Source: Candidatus Thorarchaeota archaeon (GTDB lineage Archaea; Asgardarchaeota; Thorarchaeia; Thorarchaeales; Thorarchaeaceae). From it: a stretch of 64,000 nucleotides of DNA. Positions 40,227 to 48,840 of the stretch are shown piece after piece. How positions within the stretch are numbered: the first letter of the stretch is position 1; each line of letters starts with the position of its first letter. The notes beneath the pieces were generated by a model. The model worked only from the letters and a program-made list of their open reading frames with translations. It made no database searches and had not been told where the DNA came from. The stretch is from assembly GCA_029855935.1 (NCBI GenBank), contig JAGSHN010000020.1:32001-96000 (forward strand), read 5' to 3'. Both the position numbers and the translations under genes were made by a program.

Positions 40227-40409
40227 AGTCTTGCCCCCAGCGCGAACGTCGTCCTTGTAGACGACAATCCAGGGTACCTCCTACCCGTATCCAGTGTAGT
40301 GCCCACAGCAGGCCTTCGCCGAATCCAGTCGGTGGATACTGAAGGCGACCCACTTGGGAGAGGTTGTCGGCCAACTAATAACAATTCCTCTGCCGCGCGA
40401 GCAGCAGAC

Positions 40410-41336
40410 TCACACAGGACGGGTAGGACGGCTCATCCCCCCTATCTCCATCTTCTTCCACTCAACCTCGTCTCCGAGCTTCAATAAGACAGAGTACAGC
40501 TCCTCGGGCTGGACGCCCAGTTTGTTGCTCACCGCCTCCAGGGACCGGGAGCCATTGCATAGCATCCGTGCACGTTTGAGAAGCCTATACTCTCGTTCCC
40601 TAAGCCCAATCAGGTCGAGAAAGGCATCGAATCTCTCGTCGCCCTGTCGGATTGATGGACACAACCTGTAGACATCCACAACACCCCATATTGCGAGGAA
40701 CTCGACCACCTTCATGATAGTGTCGACATCCATCCCGACATGCGAGGCGATGTCCTTCAGAGTTCGTTCTCCATCAATGGCGTCGATTACGCGTCCGCCG
40801 CCGGGAAATGTCCTGTGGAACTCGTCGATCAGCTCGGCCGATTCCTGAAAGAGTGTGAGTGCCTCCCTGTTGACAACAGGCACAACAAAGGGCCCCAAGT
40901 TCGATGTGACAAGAAGCAGCCCCTCGTAGTAGTTGACGGCCCGGTGGATCTCGGTCTCAAAGTCTGAGAAGGCCTCCTCAATCATCACCGGAGAATCGAG
41001 AACATCCTCGTACCGCATCAGGAACTTCCTTCCCAAGTCGCGGAGGATGGCACGCAAGATGTGAACAGGAGCACCAGAGTCGACTAACAGAACGAAAAGA
41101 ACATTCTTCCCAGCCTGTTCGTAGAGTATCTCCGATCCCTTGAAGGAGAGGCTCTGAACCGACCGCTCACCAAACTCCGATGCGAAACTCGTTATGGCGC
41201 TGAGAAAGCCCGAGAGTAGCTCATTCAGCCGGCGGGCACCTGTGAATGAGTAGTGGAATACTGGCACACCACCGCCGGCAATGACCATGAACTCTTGGAC
41301 CTTCAGTCGACCTGACAAGGCTACTGTCTCCATCAT
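40410..41336 (-). CDS. Longin-like + tandem winged-helix protein, paralog of 35438..36757
   Basis: FMVIAGGGVPVFHYS..GFLSAITSF..LFVLLV..LGRKFLMRY; IDGERTLKDIA; CNGSRSLEAVS. Confidence 0.65.
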   Translation of the reverse strand: MMETVALSGRLKVQEFMVIAGGGVPVFHYSFTGARRLNELLSGFLSAITSFASEFGERSVQSLSFKGSEILYEQAGKNVLFVLLVDSGAPVHILRAILRDLGRKFLMRYEDVLDSPVMIEEAFSDFETEIHRAVNYYEGLLLVTSNLGPFVVPVVNREALTLFQESAELIDEFHRTFPGGGRVIDAIDGERTLKDIASHVGMDVDTIMKVVEFLAIWGVVDVYRLCPSIRQGDERFDAFLDLIGLREREYRLLKRARMLCNGSRSLEAVSNKLGVQPEELYSVLLKLGDEVEWKKMEIGGMSRPTRPV

Positions 41337-41496
41337 TGCTCGGAGAAATCATCCAATAAAAGATATCTGCACGGACTTTGAACGGCGACAGGTCAGATAT
41401 CCGGCTCTGCTGTGTGGGAGAGGCAGTTCAGCCGAGAAACTGTCATATTGGTCAAGCGTCAAGGTTGCATCGCTTCCAAGACAGACGGTGAAAGAA

Positions 41497-43125
41497 GTGC
41501 TTGAGTATAGAGAGTTCCCGACAAGAAAGGCAATCAGTCACATCGCATTTGCACCGCTGTACGCACTTCTCATCAGGGTCATCTCGCTGGTCACTCAGGG
41601 CCGGCTCTTTCCCGGCCTCTCCTTGCAGCAACATCTGGTATTCTTGGCTCTGGGGATTGCGGCCGCTGCACTGACACTGGCAGTGACACCGCTATTGATC
41701 CCCAGGCTCCGATCTCTCTACGTGATGATGGCCGCTGTGGGCCTGTTCGTATCCGTGAGTCATGCCGTCCTTCATCTGATCACATTGCCGCCCGACCTCA
41801 CTTGGTACTACCGTGCGTATGTTGTCGTCTCGGCCTTCGGCGGACTCGTTCTCGTGATGAACGCCCAGACCGTGGGACTCAATGAGACAGTTGTGATCAG
41901 ATATCGCGGCAGAATTGTCGGCCTGCTCTTCGCTCTGACACTCACGCTACTCTTCGTCTACTCTGCTCTCGACCAGCTCGGACCCGACGGACTGCTCGAC
42001 GGCATCAGCATTCGAGAGGCCGTGGCAATGGTCGGGATCATCGTGAGCGCTGTGGGGGCACCTTGGCGCTGGAAACGACACCCGCTAACGGTTGCCGAGG
42101 ACGTGCAGAGCTACGTCCTTCCGACTCTCTTCATTCTCGTCTCGTATTTCTTGTGGTATCAGGCGACAATGCTCAACATAAGGGACATCTTCGAGCTCGC
42201 GGGGGAGACCTTCATCTCGCTCGGTGAGTTCTCGGGCCTTGCGATGTACGAGCCTCTGTTTCTCGCCCTTGGTGTTGTAGTCGCAGGGCTTCTCGCCGAC
42301 CTAAAGGGAAGAAAGAGAGCCTTTGACCTGCTCGTCTTGATGATGGGGATGATGGCAATCTTCAGCACGACCCTCTATGGTATCGAGAGCGTCGAGATCA
42401 CACCCGGGACGTATGAGATTCGCGTCATCCTCAACGCGCCAGCGCTGCTCGTCATTGAGAGATTCATAGAGGGCTACATGCTGTGCCTGTTCGTCATGCT
42501 CATCTGGTCCGAGGTAGGATCACCAAAGACGAGATCGAAGAGAATCGCGATGGTCTGGTCCTTCCTTCTGGCGTATATGACAGCCTTCTGGGTGCTAGGC
42601 ATAGGAGCGTTCGGCATCCAACCACCCTTTGCGATAGCGCTGTACGGACGCGAGTTCGCCATCCTCACGGCGCTCGTGGGTCTGTATCTGAGTGCCAATG
42701 TACCAGAGGTGCTGGGAAGGGAGGTGGAACTGGAGTCCCTCTCCCTCGACTTTGACGAAGAACTGGTGGAGGACACTGTCGAGGCACTGGTGGGCTCTGA
42801 CGAGTTCGAGTCAATTCTCAGCCAGCTTGAGGTGATGAACGGAACAATCGAGACCCCTGACGGACCTGTCAACGTTATGGGTGAGGAGTTCGACAAGTAC
42901 CTCCCGCTCCGCGCGATTCCCGGCATAGGCGTCAGGATGGAAGAACGCCTCAAGAGAGCCGGGTATGCCAGTGCCGTGCAACTAGCAGGTGAAACTCCGG
43001 CTCGGCTTGCAGCCAAGATTGACGGCCTGACCAGACAGAGAGCGTCGAAGATTCTGGCGGCCACTCGGAAGGCAGTCAAGGAGACGCTTCAGCGCCTTGA
43101 GAGGGGGGACGGGTCGCAAGTCTAG
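41497..43125 (+). CDS. Polytopic membrane protein with C-terminal helix-hairpin-helix domain
   Basis: About 12 TM segments, acidic linker, LRAIPGIGVRMEERLKRAGY..LAAKIDGL. Start placed after GGTGA (ORF is open from 41281). Confidence 0.7.
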   Translation: MLEYREFPTRKAISHIAFAPLYALLIRVISLVTQGRLFPGLSLQQHLVFLALGIAAAALTLAVTPLLIPRLRSLYVMMAAVGLFVSVSHAVLHLITLPPDLTWYYRAYVVVSAFGGLVLVMNAQTVGLNETVVIRYRGRIVGLLFALTLTLLFVYSALDQLGPDGLLDGISIREAVAMVGIIVSAVGAPWRWKRHPLTVAEDVQSYVLPTLFILVSYFLWYQATMLNIRDIFELAGETFISLGEFSGLAMYEPLFLALGVVVAGLLADLKGRKRAFDLLVLMMGMMAIFSTTLYGIESVEITPGTYEIRVILNAPALLVIERFIEGYMLCLFVMLIWSEVGSPKTRSKRIAMVWSFLLAYMTAFWVLGIGAFGIQPPFAIALYGREFAILTALVGLYLSANVPEVLGREVELESLSLDFDEELVEDTVEALVGSDEFESILSQLEVMNGTIETPDGPVNVMGEEFDKYLPLRAIPGIGVRMEERLKRAGYASAVQLAGETPARLAAKIDGLTRQRASKILAATRKAVKETLQRLERGDGSQV

Positions 43126-43997
43126 TCATTCGGGCCGCCGCTGAACAGTGTTCTACGCTCCGAGATCTCGCCAGTCTTGCGATGGGGAGTCCTTGCAACA
43201 GTACCATGTGCCTTCTCCATCTCTCTGGCGGCGTCGGCCAACAGTGCGGCCGTGCGAAGCATCTCGTGAGCCCCAGCCACCATCAAGAGATACCTGTGAC
43301 GTTCCGCGACCTTGAAGCATGCCTGACTGGTGATAGGCGCAATCGCCTCGCAGATCTTGATTGCTGCATACGCCTTGGCCGCTGCGTATGGGTTCGTGAA
43401 GCCACCTGCCTTGACAACACGCTCGGCAGACACTTTCTCTGCGGGGAGGGAGATGTCCTGTCTTGCCCGCACCACGGAGATAGCCTCGTCAATCACACGC
43501 TGGAGGAACCTGACCAGTCCACAGGCGGAGAAGACCTTCAGCACGTCGGCGTTGAACAGTGTCATCTCGGTCGCGTCTAGGAACTCGGGCTTTGCTCCTA
43601 TCATCGGGTCCATAGGTAGCACGACGTACCCCTGCTTGTCAAGAACAGTACTGACTCTCTTGCCATCGGCATTCTTTCTCACGAAAGCCCTCAACCCGGG
43701 GCCGTCCGTTATGTTCAGGGCAGGAACGCCACTATCGTGCAGACGCGTCCGCACCAGGGTTGGTCCAGGAAGGGCAGCATTGGGACTCACCACCACGCAC
43801 AGGTCAGGTCCCCAGCCTATGGCAGTCTCGACGACGCCCTCGCAGTGCTCGGGCTCCATATGCGCCCCGGTGGAGAGGGACCTCACCTCTATGTCAGTGC
43901 GCGTTGCCCGTTCGTCCACTATGAGGTCTATGAGAGGAAGTGAGCCGATACAGCCCAGCTTCAGGAATGCAACTCTAGTCGGGAGTCCTGTCGTCAA
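43122..43997 (-). CDS. mtd: F420-dependent methylene-H4MPT dehydrogenase
   Basis: KLGCIGS..DERATRTDI, SPNAALPGP, DPMIGA..EFLD..EM.LFNAD, GFTNPYAAAKA, AHEMLR. Confidence 0.9.
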   Translation of the reverse strand: MTTGLPTRVAFLKLGCIGSLPLIDLIVDERATRTDIEVRSLSTGAHMEPEHCEGVVETAIGWGPDLCVVVSPNAALPGPTLVRTRLHDSGVPALNITDGPGLRAFVRKNADGKRVSTVLDKQGYVVLPMDPMIGAKPEFLDATEMTLFNADVLKVFSACGLVRFLQRVIDEAISVVRARQDISLPAEKVSAERVVKAGGFTNPYAAAKAYAAIKICEAIAPITSQACFKVAERHRYLLMVAGAHEMLRTAALLADAAREMEKAHGTVARTPHRKTGEISERRTLFSGGPND

Positions 43998-44081
43998 TGC
44001 TCAGACCTGTAGTCTCGTCAGGAGGGATTATTGAAAACGCTTGTGGTCGACAGGCCACCGCACTGTGAGACCAAGCCAATC

Positions 44082-45023
44082 CTACTGCGTCTTCTCGGGC
44101 TTGCGCCACGAGGGGTTGAGGTGGTACGCAAGACCCGTCCCTGAGAGGAGGTCAAGAGCCGACAGCTCGCGAGCACAGGAGGCACAACGGAGGGTCACCC
44201 TGGGCTCGGGGGTCGCGGTGGAGCAGTCGTTGCAGAGCACCTCAATATCCAGTACTCTGATGCTGTCCACCGGGATAGGCCTTCTGCAGCCGGGGCAGGA
44301 TATCTCCTCGGTCTCGTCAACAATGACGCTCTTGAATGTCTTCCCACAGTGGGGGCAGTGAACGCCATAGACAACATATAGATTGAAGGAGCCGCACGAG
44401 GGACATCTCAGGTCGAGAATCATCTCGGTACTAGAGCACCTTGTGCACACAAACCTACGTCCCCGGCTCCGCGCAACGAGAATTCCTGCCGCAACAAGGT
44501 CCTGAAGCGTACGGTTGACCTCCTCGTCATCGCCAGGGAGGTAGCCCGCTGCGTCGGGATACTTATCAACTCCCTTGAACACGTGGTTCGGGCTCAACAG
44601 TGGGACTAGTCCGTCTTCCATTGCCTCAATGAGCCGCCGCACGCCCTTGCGTGCCAAGAGTTCGGCACGATCTGTCTGCCTCATCAGTTCTTGCAGCCGC
44701 TCGAAGGCCCTGGCAATCTCAGTGTCCCACTGTGTACTCTCAAGGTCCATCTCGTGGACGAGACGTAGCAGGTTTCTCTCAACGCGAGCCGGGTCGTCGT
44801 TGTCATCGAGAAGAACAGCGAGACAGTTGGGCTTGATCAGAACAGAGACCACAAGACCCCTGCACAGATTCGTATACCCAATCCGTGACTCCTGATGAAT
44901 GCCGTGGCCCATGAAGATTCTGAGGGCCTCCTCGCTCGTGATAGATGCACCCTCTGGCCATGACCGCCCAATCAAAGGGCCAAGGTTATCGTCCCACCAG
45001 ATGGAGTGCATCTCCCGAGGCAT
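44082..45023 (-). CDS. Longin/uDENN-like N-terminal domain fused to a multi-zinc-ribbon (TackOD1-like) domain
   Basis: WDDNLGPLIGRSWP start; LQDLVAAGIL followed by CTRC, CPSC, CPHC, CPGC, CNDC, CASC. Confidence 0.55.
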   Translation of the reverse strand: MPREMHSIWWDDNLGPLIGRSWPEGASITSEEALRIFMGHGIHQESRIGYTNLCRGLVVSVLIKPNCLAVLLDDNDDPARVERNLLRLVHEMDLESTQWDTEIARAFERLQELMRQTDRAELLARKGVRRLIEAMEDGLVPLLSPNHVFKGVDKYPDAAGYLPGDDEEVNRTLQDLVAAGILVARSRGRRFVCTRCSSTEMILDLRCPSCGSFNLYVVYGVHCPHCGKTFKSVIVDETEEISCPGCRRPIPVDSIRVLDIEVLCNDCSTATPEPRVTLRCASCARELSALDLLSGTGLAYHLNPSWRKPEKTQ

Positions 45024-45206
45024 GCGTTTGACCTCCTACAGACATGTGACGTGCATAGAAGCGATGGGACTTAAGACCATATTGTGCACGTATCACGTGG
45101 TGAGGACTGTCATATCACAGTCCCTTCGCTACTCTGACCGCAGAGTTTATCTTTGTTCGGACGGAGCGGGGCCAAACGCACGCCTACTAGTTGTGGTGGA
45201 GAGGTC

Positions 45207-45902
45207 TTGAACGGAGAAACAGTGGTAGACCTACGTTCTGTGACAAAGACCTACACGATGGGAGATGTCGAGGTACACGCGCTCAGAGGGGTCGACCTCA
45301 GGGTAGACCGAGGCGACAGGCTCGCGATAATGGGACCATCGGGCTCGGGGAAGACCACACTTCTGAACCTGATCGGGGCACTCGACAGGCCCACCTCAGG
45401 GAAGGTAATCATTGGAGGGACTGACATCACCACCCTCGATGAAAGGGCCCTGACGCAGATCAGGAGAGAGAAGATCAGTTTCATCTTCCAGTTCTTTAAT
45501 CTGATCCCGGTCCTCACTGCCTACGAGAATATCGAGGTGCCACTCATCATCGCCAATGTCGAGGAAGACAGACGCAGGGAGATTGTAAATGACCTGCTAT
45601 TGCTACTTGGCCTTGAAGACAGGGCGGACCACCTCCCCGACGAGCTCTCGGGGGGTGAACAGCAGCGCGTTGCCATTGCACGTGCGCTCGCAAAGGCTAG
45701 ATGGAGTCAGCATCCCGTGATCATCTTGGCTGACGAGCCGACGGGTGATCTTGACACAACCACCGGCGAGGAGGTCGTAAGGGCGCTTCTGGATGCCGTG
45801 GAGCACGAACACAGCACTCTGATACTCGTCACGCACGATCCCGAGGTGGCGGCCAAGATGGATCACACACTTGAGATTCGTGACGGCCGTGTGACCACCT
45901 AG
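45207..45902 (+). CDS. ABC transporter ATP-binding protein (LolD/MacB family)
   Basis: GPSGSGKT, IFQFFNLIP, LSGGEQQRVAIARAL, ADEPTGDLD, VTHD. ORF is open from 45153. Confidence 0.92.
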   Translation: MNGETVVDLRSVTKTYTMGDVEVHALRGVDLRVDRGDRLAIMGPSGSGKTTLLNLIGALDRPTSGKVIIGGTDITTLDERALTQIRREKISFIFQFFNLIPVLTAYENIEVPLIIANVEEDRRREIVNDLLLLLGLEDRADHLPDELSGGEQQRVAIARALAKARWSQHPVIILADEPTGDLDTTTGEEVVRALLDAVEHEHSTLILVTHDPEVAAKMDHTLEIRDGRVTT

Positions 45903-45918
45903 GGGAGGGAGTGAGGGG

Positions 45919-48840
45919 TTGAGCATCGTCACCGGGGAGTATGAGGCGTTCCACAACCTACGCAGAAAGGGCATCACGTTGCTATGCTTGGCTCTTGCTG
46001 CATCGCTCACAACTGGGATAGCAGTCTTCGTCGACTCGGCAGGATACTACAGATGGTCTGAGTTCATCGATAGTCGACCGGTTGCGATTCATCTCTACGG
46101 AATAGGCTTGGCCGAGCACGTCACGGACATCAGACAGGTCGATCACGTCGAGCGCGTGGCTGTGGCCTACTACGGTTGGGTCACAACGTACGTGAACAGT
46201 TCGACCCTCCATCCTGTGGAACCGAGCAGCGTGCGCCTGCAGCGTACGTGGCTAGCAAGACCCGGCCACAAGGCGCAGCAGATCAACTTCACAGAATGGC
46301 ACGGGGTCGATCTCGACGCTATGTCTGTTGGCCCGGACTTCTATCAGGCCTTCCCTCAGTTGTTCAAGAGAATCACGGGCCGGTTGCCTGCCAATGAAAC
46401 AGAGGTGGCGGTCAGTGAGGATGTCTCCTCGTGGCTCAATGTGAGTATCGGCGAGAGAGTTGGGATTGCCCCCTTCGGTACAGCCTACTCGTCTCAGTCC
46501 TCTGGCGCCTCAGCCAGCAGTGTCGCCAACGACTCTGCAGGAGGTCTTCAGGCAGACGGAGAAGACATAGCTCTTGCTACTATCGTCGGAATCTACACAC
46601 CCGTCTCGGCAGACAACTTCTTGTTCGCCCCGCTGACGACGCAGATGATTATTGGGCTTCCCGCGTTGGCGAACCACGGAGACGAGATGCTGTACATAGA
46701 GATAGACCGCAGACCTCTGACTCCAGCCAACGTCCCCGCCTCACTAGAATATCTGACCTCTGTCGAGACCGACATACTCAGGACGATCGATCCATATTAT
46801 GTCCCAGGCTCTTCGTACGAGCCCTGTTCTGTTGACAACCTGCTCGCGGATGGCGTGATTGAGTACAAACACTGGCTCGACTCGACGAGACTCACACAGG
46901 TCTTCAACTCTGGTGGGGAGCTCCTGATGGTCATCTTGGTAGTGGTGATGGCTGTCAGATACAACATCAATGATCGCCGTCCGGAGATAGAGGTCCTCCG
47001 TGCCAGAGGCGCGTCGCAGAGGACAATCAACCTGAGGATATTCAAAGAGTTCGTCGCCCTATCAGTGCTGGCCACCGTATTGGGCCTCATCGGCGGAATT
47101 GGTGCCAGCAGGATATCGATGGCAAGCCGCGGCTACCTTGTCGTCGACCCCTCAAGACTGCTCACCGAGCCTCTGATAGTGAGCATTGACTCGCTCCTGT
47201 TCAGCATTGTCATGAGCTCCCTCATGCTCTTCGCGTCAGGCATAGTCTATCAACGGGCCTTTGCACGACCTAGGCGTCAGACGAGGAAGGGACTTGTCGT
47301 CCGAATAGGCAAGCTCCTCACGATGATCAGATGGGAGTTCGTGACAATCATTCTCTCGGTCCTGTTGTTGTGGAGCCTCTATTCCAGCGGGGGCACTGTG
47401 ATGGCCTCTTCCGTTGTCGGGGTCTTCGCGAGGATGGCCCTCACTTTCGCTCCTCTGGCCATCTTCCTCGCAGTGGGCAGCCTGTTCAGCAAATGGCTCC
47501 GGAGAGGGGCAATGACGTTCTCTCGTCGCGGGACACGAGTCTTCGGACCACTTCCGGCACGTGTCGGCATCCGCAGGCCCGGCCGAAGGACGTCATCGGC
47601 CGCGCTGGTGACAATTGTCATTGTCTTCGCTATTGGTCTCACTTGGACAAACCTGACCGTCGCAGCATCACTCCCCGCGACGAAGGAGGCTCAGGCGCGC
47701 TACACCTTCTGCTCGGATATCCTGTTTCACCTAGAGTACGGTCAGTCCGAATTCTGGCCTCGGTTGATGGAGAACCTGAGTGCAATTGACAGTGTCCGGG
47801 CGTGGAGCCTCTCGTCGCACCTCTATCTCGAACTCTCAAACTACGAGATATACCGATTCGTTGGTCTCAACGCGTCGGAGATGATGCAGATTGGATATGA
47901 CTACCTTGGGCGACCGATACGCGAGAGCCCCGTTGCTCAGGCGCTCCAGCAACTTCAAGCAAGGCAGGCTGGCGCAATCATCACCAAGTCCATAGCAGAG
48001 ACATACGGCTTGTCGGAGGGAGATGCGATAAGAGCCTTCATACGGAGAGGTGGTGACAACGCCACGATCGTGACGTTTGTCGTGGTCGGCATCATGGAGG
48101 CCCTCTCACCCATTGGGATGGTGGACACTGGCACGACTGGCATGGGCTACTACTACTGGCTGGGAGAGGTCGGCTACGATGTGGTCTGGGTCAATGAGGC
48201 CTATCTCGACCTGTTCTTCGCACCCGAGGAGAGATCTTGGTCGCTGACGGTCGGCCTCGCGCCGCGCACAAACTCCACACAAGTCGGCGAGAGCATACTG
48301 GAACAAGGCGGAGGTGCCGCTCTGTCAGATCCGCCCTACTCCGATGTCACATCTGAGGTGGCCGGCTTTCTCCATCAGGAGGCCTATGAGATCACGCAGT
48401 CCGTCGACACCCTGCTAACAGTGATGTCGATTCTGACCGTCCCTGTTGTGTTTGTCCTGTACGCATCTGAGAACATAGGACACCGCCGGAGGGAGATTGC
48501 TCTGCTCCGAGCTGCAGGGGTGACGAGAGGTGAAGTGCTGAAGATCGAGGCGACGGAGATGGCCTTTCTGACGTTGATGGCCACACTGTTGCTTCTGGTC
48601 ATAGGGCCGATCATAGTCTCCAACGCGCTTCTCACCGTGCACACAACGAGCTACTCGTACCATTTTGTGGTCATTCCTGTCTTTCCGGTCGTCCTTCTTG
48701 CAGCCGTCTATCTCCTCTTCTTGGTAGCGGCATTCTTCTTTGCCTTCTTGGTCGCCTGCTTCAGCACACGAATCAGACTTGCGGAGGCACTGAACGCGAG
48801 CTGGACCGAGTCCGGTCCGTTTGGAAGAGGTGAAGAGTGA
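45919..48840 (+). CDS. FtsX/MacB-type ABC permease (duplicated)
   Basis: GRLPANETEV, RRPEIEVLRARGAS and RRREIALLRAAG motifs; two TM clusters. Confidence 0.85.
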   Translation: MSIVTGEYEAFHNLRRKGITLLCLALAASLTTGIAVFVDSAGYYRWSEFIDSRPVAIHLYGIGLAEHVTDIRQVDHVERVAVAYYGWVTTYVNSSTLHPVEPSSVRLQRTWLARPGHKAQQINFTEWHGVDLDAMSVGPDFYQAFPQLFKRITGRLPANETEVAVSEDVSSWLNVSIGERVGIAPFGTAYSSQSSGASASSVANDSAGGLQADGEDIALATIVGIYTPVSADNFLFAPLTTQMIIGLPALANHGDEMLYIEIDRRPLTPANVPASLEYLTSVETDILRTIDPYYVPGSSYEPCSVDNLLADGVIEYKHWLDSTRLTQVFNSGGELLMVILVVVMAVRYNINDRRPEIEVLRARGASQRTINLRIFKEFVALSVLATVLGLIGGIGASRISMASRGYLVVDPSRLLTEPLIVSIDSLLFSIVMSSLMLFASGIVYQRAFARPRRQTRKGLVVRIGKLLTMIRWEFVTIILSVLLLWSLYSSGGTVMASSVVGVFARMALTFAPLAIFLAVGSLFSKWLRRGAMTFSRRGTRVFGPLPARVGIRRPGRRTSSAALVTIVIVFAIGLTWTNLTVAASLPATKEAQARYTFCSDILFHLEYGQSEFWPRLMENLSAIDSVRAWSLSSHLYLELSNYEIYRFVGLNASEMMQIGYDYLGRPIRESPVAQALQQLQARQAGAIITKSIAETYGLSEGDAIRAFIRRGGDNATIVTFVVVGIMEALSPIGMVDTGTTGMGYYYWLGEVGYDVVWVNEAYLDLFFAPEERSWSLTVGLAPRTNSTQVGESILEQGGGAALSDPPYSDVTSEVAGFLHQEAYEITQSVDTLLTVMSILTVPVVFVLYASENIGHRRREIALLRAAGVTRGEVLKIEATEMAFLTLMATLLLLVIGPIIVSNALLTVHTTSYSYHFVVIPVFPVVLLAAVYLLFLVAAFFFAFLVACFSTRIRLAEALNASWTESGPFGRGEE

